From Candidatus Thorarchaeota archaeon (GTDB lineage Archaea; Asgardarchaeota; Thorarchaeia; Thorarchaeales; Thorarchaeaceae): a stretch of 14,058 nucleotides of DNA. The DNA lies in contig JAEOUG010000163.1 in the NCBI GenBank assembly GCA_016839445.1, positions 1 to 14,058 on the forward strand. The letters are read 5' to 3'. The notes below the pieces were generated by a model, which was given only the letters and a program-made list of their open reading frames with translations, ran no database searches and was not told the origin of the DNA. Positions 1 to 7,154 of this stretch are shown piece by piece (the stretch's first letter is position 1; every line of letters begins with the position of its first letter). The position numbers were made by a program, and so were the translations under genes.

Positions 1-1
1 A

Positions 2-928
2 GGCTTCAGTGAATACCATCCTGAACTGGCATACGAGGAGTGGATAATTGACACATCTGCTGACGAGGAGAGAGCAGAGATTCGACCAGAGAAGAAACCC
101 ATGGGGCACCAAGCCTTCTTTGTTGTGGACCGAAGAACTGGGAGTGCCGTGTACAGCTATTACTACGACGAGAAGTCCTCCCTTCTTGAGGTGGCGCCAA
201 ACATTGTGGCAGCGATTTCTTCCTTCAAGATAGACCAGACCACGCCTACGGAGACCTCAGTCTTCCGAACCGGTGACCTCAGCTATATCACAATAGAGCG
301 GGACAGCTACGTCTTCACCCTAGTGACTGGACGACATGGTGGCGTGGAAGCCCTCCGCGAACGCTTCTCCTTTCTCCCTGATCTGTTCAAGGACGAGGTT
401 CCCGAGCCGACCGAGGATCCGACGGATCTGTTCAGGTCGCCAGCCTTCACTCTGAAGCTGTTGGCGACACTGCCACCTGAGGAGTTGGGGGGAAGAGTGG
501 CTCCGGTGCAGAAACGCACTCTGATATGGGAGCGGTTCGAGCACGAGCAAGTCCGAGATTTCTTGGAGGCAGTGTGGACCCGCTTGGACGGGAATCTCAC
601 CATGTCAAGACTGGCCCCCGGAAAGGGGCCTGAGATCATCTTGGGCGCGATCCATCTGCTCCATAGACTAGGCGCAATCGAATTCAAGCTCAGGCTATCG
701 CCCGCGGATGTGCCGGTTCTGATAGACCGTCCGAGCAAGGAGGTTCTTGCGCTCTATGAGGATCTTGAGAAGATCCTTGAGTATGTTGATGGAGATCTCT
801 CCATTGAGAGCATTGCGAAGGCCCTGGATCTTAGCCCGAGCGTACTGATTCCTGTGTTTGGGGAATTGGACAGAAGAAGGATTATCAGGATTCGCGATGA
901 CGGCAGTCCACACACGCAACCTTCATAG
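2..928 (+). CDS. 5'-truncated longin + tandem winged-helix protein (NPRL2/NPRL3-like module), paralog of the C-terminal half of 997..2949
   Basis: The frame is open from nt 2 (GFSEYHPELAYEEWIIDTSADEERAEIRPEKKP-MGHQ...), so ATG 101 is probably internal. Longin pattern: AFFVVDRRTGSAVY, helix NIVAAISSF, hairpin SYITIERDSYVFTLVT. Two WH units: LDGNLTMSRL..ILGAIHLLHRLGAIEF and VDGDLSIESIAKALDLSPSVLIPVFGELDRRRII. Stop TAG at 926-928. Confidence 0.75.
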   Translation, partial: GFSEYHPELAYEEWIIDTSADEERAEIRPEKKPMGHQAFFVVDRRTGSAVYSYYYDEKSSLLEVAPNIVAAISSFKIDQTTPTETSVFRTGDLSYITIERDSYVFTLVTGRHGGVEALRERFSFLPDLFKDEVPEPTEDPTDLFRSPAFTLKLLATLPPEELGGRVAPVQKRTLIWERFEHEQVRDFLEAVWTRLDGNLTMSRLAPGKGPEIILGAIHLLHRLGAIEFKLRLSPADVPVLIDRPSKEVLALYEDLEKILEYVDGDLSIESIAKALDLSPSVLIPVFGELDRRRIIRIRDDGSPHTQPS

Positions 929-996
929 TAAGAAGCCAGAAAGATACATAACGACACGCAATTGGCACAACCCACTGAAAGGAGTAGAAGTCGAGA

Positions 997-2949
997 ATGA
1001 TCCACAACGTGCTGTTGATTGAGAAGCAGAACGGTAACGTAGTGGTGAGAACCAGGTTCTGGAAAATTGACTTCAAGGAGGAGGATGTCAAGGATTTCCT
1101 GAGGGGTTACTTGGACCTTCAGAACACAGCCGGCCTCGCCCCGGACACTCCTGTGTTCGTGGCTGAGAAGCACAAGGTCTTCCATGCTGAGGTTGACGGC
1201 GAGATGCTTCTCATGTTCGTCACAGACGGCAGGGATGAAGACCGAGTCATCCAATACAAGGTGCGCGAGGGCGCATCCAGGGTCTCTACTGCACTGCGCG
1301 GCAACAGCATTGGATACATTCGGGACAACTTGGATGACATTCTTGGAGAGCTGATATTCACTCGCTTCAAGGTCTCGTTTGTGGGGTCGGGCGGTGTCGG
1401 AAAGTCAACGCTCCTCCGACTCCTGTTCGGCAAAGAGCCTGCTCCTGGCGGGTACGTTCCTACAATCAACGTTGCCGTCGACTCCTCTGAGACCATTCAG
1501 TTCGGCACTTTCCTCGTGACTGTCTGGGACTTCGCAGGTCAGGCTGTGTTTCAGGACCTTTGGGCCTTCTATTTCTCAGGGACTGATGTCATCTTTCTGA
1601 TCACTGACTCAAGCTTCAGGAATGTTATGCAGACCAAGTCGCTTCTCAGGACAATCCGCAAGGAAGCGCCTGCTGTGCCGCTCTTCATCATAGCAAACAA
1701 GCAGGACTTGCCTGAGTCAATGAAGGCTGAGAAAATCAAACGACTTCTCGGCGCTCCAACCTTCCAGATGATAGCCACTGACAAGTCACGCCGAGAAGAA
1801 TTCATTAGACTGATGCTTGACGTTGCCGCGAAGACCGTAGGTGTTCAGCTACCTGACCTTCCGATATCAGAGATGATCACGGTACGAAGAGGAACCGAAG
1901 AACTGGAGGCCAGCTTCGACAAGGCGCACTTGACGAAGTCACAGGAGGCAGGCTTCGAAACAGTGCCGTACGAGGAAATCCCAGAAGATACAGGAGTTGA
2001 GATACGGCCAAAGCAGGGCGGTGGAACGACCGGTGTAGCTTCCACAGAGAACCTTGTTCAGAAGGAAGCCTCATCACAACAAGTGCAGGTCATTCGCAAG
2101 ACACCGGAGCTTTCGAAGATTCTCCATCTCATGCTGATCGTGCACAAGGACGGACTGCCAGAGGTGGCCTATCATCTCTCCTATGGCGAGGACACAATTG
2201 ACAAGAACTCCGTGGCTTCTCTCATCTCGGCTCTTGACAGCTTCGGAGGTATTGATGCAGAATCGCCCGAAGGACCAGCAACCGATGCTCTTGAGACCAT
2301 TGAGCACGAGGGCAACTTGGTGATGGTAGAGAAGACCAATCACTTTGTCTTGGCGCTTATTGTCACGAATGATAGCGAAGAAGAAAGTCAGAGGAGGACA
2401 TTGAACTCCCTGCTTGTCGACCTTGAGCAACGCTATCAGAACATCTGGGAGAACTGGGATGGTGAGGTATCTATCTTTGAGTCATCCATCTGGGATGTGC
2501 GGGAGAAGGTCCCCCTACGACCGGTGAGTTTCGACTATCTTCTACGGGCTCGGGAAGCTGGGCGTCCGCTTCCCTTCAACAGCAGAGAGTTCGGAAAGGT
2601 CGTTGTCGAGGTGCAGTCCGCCATCGAGAACAACGACACAGTTGGAGGACTCGTGCGAAGTCTTGACATCCCCAGAGAGACCATCTTGGGCTGTCTACAG
2701 ATTCTCAATCGCTTTGGCTGGGTTGACTTCAACGTGGAGATTGGACCCGAGAGCCACCTTCGGAAGTCAGGAGTCGTCGATGAGGACACTCAGAAGGCAT
2801 ATGGAGACGTCGTCGTGCGGTTCGTCGATCTCTGTGATGGCTCATTGCCTCTTCAAGATGTGGTGAAGAAGCTCAACGTGAGTCTGCCCGCAATGCGCTT
2901 CGTGGCCACAAAGCTCGTTCTAGATGGAGTCCTTGAGGTCGTCGTCTAA
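997..2949 (+). CDS. Multidomain Arf-like small GTPase: longin - GTPase - acidic linker - longin - WH - WH
   Basis: 650 aa. G1 GSGGVGKST (aa130-138), G2 YVPTI, G3 WDFAGQ (aa177-182), Arf-like switch II FQDLWAFYF, G4 NKQD (aa234-237), degenerate G5 IAT. N-terminal longin-like start IHNVLLIEKQNG. Second longin at about aa374-505 (LMLIVHKDGLP, SLISALDSF, WDGEVSIFE). C-terminal WH pair. AAGGAG SD-like site at about 979-984. Confidence 0.88.
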   Translation: MIHNVLLIEKQNGNVVVRTRFWKIDFKEEDVKDFLRGYLDLQNTAGLAPDTPVFVAEKHKVFHAEVDGEMLLMFVTDGRDEDRVIQYKVREGASRVSTALRGNSIGYIRDNLDDILGELIFTRFKVSFVGSGGVGKSTLLRLLFGKEPAPGGYVPTINVAVDSSETIQFGTFLVTVWDFAGQAVFQDLWAFYFSGTDVIFLITDSSFRNVMQTKSLLRTIRKEAPAVPLFIIANKQDLPESMKAEKIKRLLGAPTFQMIATDKSRREEFIRLMLDVAAKTVGVQLPDLPISEMITVRRGTEELEASFDKAHLTKSQEAGFETVPYEEIPEDTGVEIRPKQGGGTTGVASTENLVQKEASSQQVQVIRKTPELSKILHLMLIVHKDGLPEVAYHLSYGEDTIDKNSVASLISALDSFGGIDAESPEGPATDALETIEHEGNLVMVEKTNHFVLALIVTNDSEEESQRRTLNSLLVDLEQRYQNIWENWDGEVSIFESSIWDVREKVPLRPVSFDYLLRAREAGRPLPFNSREFGKVVVEVQSAIENNDTVGGLVRSLDIPRETILGCLQILNRFGWVDFNVEIGPESHLRKSGVVDEDTQKAYGDVVVRFVDLCDGSLPLQDVVKKLNVSLPAMRFVATKLVLDGVLEVVV

Positions 2950-5078
2950 GTCTTGACGATAATCCTTTCCTTGTACTCCGGGATGTTCAGGCCGCGTACA
3001 CTTGCGGTATAAGGCGTGTGCACCATGTATCGCCTTCCCTTGCAGGACTTGGCGAATTGCTCAAGATTGCTGGAGGATGAGTGGGCGCTGAGCCGTGCGA
3101 GCTCGACCTTGCACTCATGTTTCTCATATCCATGAAGGAGGTTCCATCCTGCGGTCCGAGGCGCCAGGTATCCGCAGAGTATCACTGCCGCCTTTGGGTT
3201 GCTTCTCTGCTCATTGAAGTGATGCCTCGCCAGCCCTCCTGACATCATTCCGCCGCCCGCAACCAGAACGTCATCCTCCGACAGATGCACCTTGTTCTTC
3301 TTCATGCTCTGCCAGCTTCCCTTCACTCCAACGAACTTGGTGACCCTCTCTGCTAGGCCAGTAACCCACACATTCCTGTTCTTCGTGATCCCCAGGTCTT
3401 CAAGCATCATGAGTATCTCTTGACTGCGGCCCACTGCGAAGCTGGGAATTATGACGGGTCCGTGTTTCGCAATTGTTGAGCTAATCTGCTCTGCAACCCT
3501 TGTACGGTCAAAGTCCTCTCGACCCCAGTATGTACCATCGAAGATGACATAGTCGGAATCAGTTGGGAGATTCGCGCCAGAGAACAGGATAGATTTGTCC
3601 ATGTTGAAGTCGCCCGTGTACATTATCTTGGTGCCTTCAACGTCGACCTCGTACACCGCACTTCCCGGTATATGGCACGCGTCAATTGGCGTCACTACTA
3701 TTCCAGGGCTCACCTCACTGCTTTCGCCATATTCTAGTTGAACATGGCTCCTCGTGACTTTCTCAATGTTCCTCGCGTTGTACCGCGAAATAAGATCCAG
3801 CTTGTCATACTTGCGGGGAGCGAACGGGGTTCCCACCTTTAGAGCATCTTCAAGGAGCATCTTCGCAATTCCAGCGGTCGGCCCGACAGAGCACCACTTC
3901 CCTTCATAGTCCTCAAAGAGAACAGGGAGCCCTCCTAGGTGGTCCAGATGTCCATGAGTGACCAAGACTGTATCGACCATCTCGAGCTCGGGGCACCACT
4001 CAGGTATCCGATGGTTTGCTACCGAGAGGCCGAAGTCCATCAGAATGCCACCAGTGTCGGTCTTGATCAGGATTCCACTGCGTCCTATCCTCGGGCCACC
4101 GAGGAAGATGATCTCTATCTTCTTGATCTTCGATGAGTAGGCTACTGATGGTAGGAGCCCCACTCTCAGCTTCTGCGGAATGAGTTCGAAAATGACAGGG
4201 TCAATCGCTTCGCCTGGAGGAGGCTTCGGGAGTTCCTGTAGCCTGACCTGTAGCACTTCACCGTCGTGGCTTTGGAATCTCTCCCTCTCGAACACCTGTT
4301 TCACAGATTCGATTGCATCTGGAACAGGGAGGCTTGTGTCCAAAGATTGCTGGGCCTCACGATAAGCAGCATCTCTGGCAATCCCGAGAGTGTCCCGGAG
4401 TAGTACATCAGGGCCCCACTCCTTTAGGTTCTCGTATACATCTAGGAAGGGTCTTCCTGCAACGGCCTCGCTCAGGTACTGCGGATGCCGAATGAGTGCA
4501 TCTGCAAGGCGATATCTCTCCTGTGTCAAGACCTCACTTAGATCAATACCGAGTTCCCGCGCAGGGTCCGAGAAGGAGATTGGACTGAACAACGGGGCGC
4601 CAAGATACGTGATCCAGTACCGTATCTCTTTCATGATATCCTCTGGTTTCTTATGTCTGCAGGACGCAATCACTATCAGAGCACGTCTAAGCCAATCCTC
4701 AATGTCATTCTGTGTACGGATGTATCTCAAGGAGTACCTGTACAGGAATCTGAAGTCTTCCTCGTTGAAAAGGTCCAGCAAGAATCCGTAAAGACACAAC
4801 GTCATGACTTCGATGATGTCCTCTTGTGCAGGATCTTCTATGTCATCTCTGAAGGTCTGCATCAGCTTCTCATGACACTGAACCCCCTTCACTAGTGATT
4901 GCGTATCGAGAGTCCGGGCTACACTCAACTCGTATGCCATGAGCTCAACATTCTCGCCGAACAGGCCCTGGCCAGCAAGGCTCTTGCCTTTGGTTGCGTC
5001 TTGGATGGCTGACTCTGCATTCTTGAAGTGCCTCGCAACAATCTTACTTGAGGATGCAGGATAGCTGGTCTTGCTCAT
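2946..5078 (-). CDS. MBL-fold beta-CASP family ribonuclease (CPSF73/aCPSF-like) with a long N-terminal extension
   Basis: Motifs FLGG..IGRS, MDFG, THGHLDHLGG (HxHxDH), CHIPGS, YTGDF, IPSFAVGRSQE, GMMSGG, LSAH, VH. ATG 5078 is preceded by SD-like GTGAT. Alternative GTG start at 5087. Confidence 0.88.
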   Translation of the reverse strand: MSKTSYPASSSKIVARHFKNAESAIQDATKGKSLAGQGLFGENVELMAYELSVARTLDTQSLVKGVQCHEKLMQTFRDDIEDPAQEDIIEVMTLCLYGFLLDLFNEEDFRFLYRYSLRYIRTQNDIEDWLRRALIVIASCRHKKPEDIMKEIRYWITYLGAPLFSPISFSDPARELGIDLSEVLTQERYRLADALIRHPQYLSEAVAGRPFLDVYENLKEWGPDVLLRDTLGIARDAAYREAQQSLDTSLPVPDAIESVKQVFERERFQSHDGEVLQVRLQELPKPPPGEAIDPVIFELIPQKLRVGLLPSVAYSSKIKKIEIIFLGGPRIGRSGILIKTDTGGILMDFGLSVANHRIPEWCPELEMVDTVLVTHGHLDHLGGLPVLFEDYEGKWCSVGPTAGIAKMLLEDALKVGTPFAPRKYDKLDLISRYNARNIEKVTRSHVQLEYGESSEVSPGIVVTPIDACHIPGSAVYEVDVEGTKIMYTGDFNMDKSILFSGANLPTDSDYVIFDGTYWGREDFDRTRVAEQISSTIAKHGPVIIPSFAVGRSQEILMMLEDLGITKNRNVWVTGLAERVTKFVGVKGSWQSMKKNKVHLSEDDVLVAGGGMMSGGLARHHFNEQRSNPKAAVILCGYLAPRTAGWNLLHGYEKHECKVELARLSAHSSSSNLEQFAKSCKGRRYMVHTPYTASVRGLNIPEYKERIIVKT

Positions 5079-5215
5079 GTCAATCACTAGGCCCTAGGCG
5101 TGTCTGTTTCTCAGCAACGAGGTCTATTATCTCCTTCTGGCTGAAACATGCATCACTTAAATGGTGCTAGGATTCGTGACAGGAAGAAGTCATTTGCCGG
5201 TTAACGTCCGGTTAA

Positions 5216-6217
5216 ATGCGCTGGGAACTCAGTTCGCGTGGGGTGCAACCACTGGCCGCAAGCTGCGAAGAACTCCGAGAGAGAATACTCGAGCTAAAGA
5301 AGAAGCGAAAGGCGCTGATTCTTGCTCACAACTATCAGACCTTGGACATTCAGGAGATAGCTGATTTCGTTGGTGATTCGCTTCAGCTGGCAAGGAAGTC
5401 CGCAGAGAGCGAAGGATACGAAATGGTTGTCTTCGCTGGAGTAAGATTCATGGCTGAGATGGCAGCCGTTCTGTCTCCTGACGTCCCTGTCTACATACCG
5501 GACCCGGGGGCGCTCTGCCCTCTTGCTGCATATCTCACTGGAGAGAAGGTCGCCGCCAAGAAAGAGGAGTACCCCGATGCACCAGTTGTTGTGTACGTAA
5601 ACACCACAGCTGATGCCAAGTCCAAGACCGACTATATCTGCACCTCAGGTAGCGCCATAGAGATCGTCAAGTCGATTGGTGCTGAGCGGGTTCTCTTCGG
5701 TCCTGATGCTAACCTCGCTGACTATGTACGCGAACACACGGACGTTGAGATCATCGACCTGGATGAGCGCGGGCATTGCTATGTCCATGACAAGTTCGAC
5801 GTGGAGATGATACTTGAGCTCAAGAAGAAGTACCCCGATGCCATCGCCATAGCTCATCCCGAGTGTCCAATCGAGGTGCAGCACGCGGCGGACGTCGTTG
5901 GGTCCACAGGGATGATGGCGAACTTCGTGGCACAGTCAGATGCCAAGGTCTTTCTCATAGCTACCGAGATGGGAATGGTTGAACAGCTTCAGAAGGCTCA
6001 TCCTGACAAGAAGATTCTCCCCGTCTATGAGGGGGCTGTGTGTAGACAAATGAAGAAGCACACACTCGAGAAGATACTACACGTCCTTGAAGAGATGCCT
6101 GAAGAGAATCTCGTGACAGTTCCTGAGGAGCACGTGCCCCACATCCGGCAGGTCCTAGAAGAGATGAATAAAGTGAAGGGTCAGGGTCCTGCCAAGGCCG
6201 TTTCAGCGAGAACCTAG
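5216..6217 (+). CDS. nadA: Quinolinate synthase A ([4Fe-4S])
   Basis: LAHNYQ, GDSLQLA, GVRFMAE, YVNT, CTS and AHPEC motifs. Three cluster-ligand Cys (ALCPLA, GHCYVH, AVCRQMK). The true start may be in-frame GTG 5243, because ATG 5216 overlaps a TATA-like TTAAAT. Confidence 0.96.
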   Translation: MRWELSSRGVQPLAASCEELRERILELKKKRKALILAHNYQTLDIQEIADFVGDSLQLARKSAESEGYEMVVFAGVRFMAEMAAVLSPDVPVYIPDPGALCPLAAYLTGEKVAAKKEEYPDAPVVVYVNTTADAKSKTDYICTSGSAIEIVKSIGAERVLFGPDANLADYVREHTDVEIIDLDERGHCYVHDKFDVEMILELKKKYPDAIAIAHPECPIEVQHAADVVGSTGMMANFVAQSDAKVFLIATEMGMVEQLQKAHPDKKILPVYEGAVCRQMKKHTLEKILHVLEEMPEENLVTVPEEHVPHIRQVLEEMNKVKGQGPAKAVSART

Positions 6218-6873
6218 TCATGGGCGAGACTCACAAGACTCAGGAGCGCCGACAGGGAGTCAATAACGGCGCCCTGATGATTCTGACGCCTGAAGTCACT
6301 CTCTGTAAACATGCCTGTGAGGGCGATGAATCTGCAGAAGCCCTCCGCCCTTTTCTGATCCTTCAGTGAGTCTCCGACGAATATCATGTCAGTGAATGGA
6401 ATGTCGAACTCCCGGTGAATGTGATTGAAATGGTCCGCCCCCTTCTCGAATCCCGGTCGATATCCGACAATTGCCTTGAACATGCCAATGATTCTTCTTC
6501 TGCGGAAGTACTCCTCTATTGTAGGTTGGAAGGTGGAGGATGAGACGAAGACCTCGATTCCTTTGTCATTCAACTGCTCAACAACGGCGACAGTGTCGGA
6601 GAACAGCTCCTGGTCGAATATCCTCTCTATCTTGAGTTGCTCGAACTCCTCTATAGCCTCCTCGTTTCGAGGATCGCCAGGGAAGTTGCTCTTGATTTGG
6701 TGTTCGTACGGCAGTCCGGTTGTAGACCTGTATCGCTGAGTTGCATCTTCCCTGCTGACTCCGTAGTGTTTCATCATGGTGGCTACACCAATCTCCTCTA
6801 GGAACGGCATACTATCAGCAAGGGTCCCATCGAAGTCGAACACTATTGCCTTGCAGTGTATTTCAGGGGTCAT
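6214..6873 (-). CDS. HAD-superfamily hydrolase (phosphoglycolate phosphatase/Gph-like)
   Basis: Motif I FDFDGTLADS, motif II VSSST, motif III Lys (GFEKG), motif IV FVGDS..D. Start reassigned to ATG 6873 (MTPEIH), which has a GGTGA SD just upstream. The ORF-track extension to 6984 looks non-coding. Confidence 0.9.
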   Translation of the reverse strand: MTPEIHCKAIVFDFDGTLADSMPFLEEIGVATMMKHYGVSREDATQRYRSTTGLPYEHQIKSNFPGDPRNEEAIEEFEQLKIERIFDQELFSDTVAVVEQLNDKGIEVFVSSSTFQPTIEEYFRRRRIIGMFKAIVGYRPGFEKGADHFNHIHREFDIPFTDMIFVGDSLKDQKRAEGFCRFIALTGMFTESDFRRQNHQGAVIDSLSALLSLVSLAHD

Positions 6874-6913
6874 CTGTCGGTCACCAAGAGGAATCTTTCT
6901 GGGTTGAGGCCTT

Positions 6914-6920
6914 CTTATAG
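6914..6920 (-). promoter_or_regulatory. Putative TATA box for the HAD gene
   Basis: CTATAAG on the minus strand about 41 nt upstream of ATG 6873. The spacing leaves a short leader containing the GGTGA SD. Confidence 0.45.
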
Positions 6921-7154
6921 TCCTCGATACGTCGGTTGCTCGTCCACGAGATCCTTCTGGGAGTGTTCGGACCTGGCAGCACACTTAGGTGGTTACTCAC
7001 ATGTCCACACTCTTCAGTGAGATCCGTCCGCTCTTCCACTTTAGCTTTGCCGATGTGCTGTCTTCCGGTTGTCCTCCCAGCCCCTTCCCGGAGAAAGCAA
7101 TCACAATCCTTTTTGGGCTCAACTCGTTAGCGGAGTGTCAAGGAGTACAAGGCA

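Noticed and set aside
307-2866. Many antisense and alternate-frame ORFs over the longin/GTPase genes (e.g. 307..738, 754..1254, 1119..1496, 2074..2430)
   Set aside because: They overlap well-supported genes, have Ser/Arg-rich shadow-ORF composition and show no motifs.
997-2949. Roco (Roc-COR) or bona fide Rag GTPase call based on WDFAGQ
   Set aside because: No LRR or COR region is visible, G4 is Arf-type NKQD rather than Rag HKxD, and the flanking domains look longin/WH.
2946-5087. Assignment as aCPSF1/FttA or RNase J
   Set aside because: No recognisable KH domains, a shortened beta-CASP region and non-matching motif variants, so only a family-level call is supported.
5087-5097. Short inverted repeat CTAGG-C-CCTAG upstream of the nuclease gene
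   Set aside because: The 5-bp arms are expected by chance and there is no other support.
6874-6984. N-terminal extension of the HAD ORF (MCCQVR...)
   Set aside because: It contains the TATA-like box and GGTGA SD for ATG 6873, and HAD motif I normally lies near the N-terminus.
6936-7130. 64-aa plus-strand ORF in the intergenic gap
   Set aside because: Non-ATG start, no SD, atypical composition and no motif.
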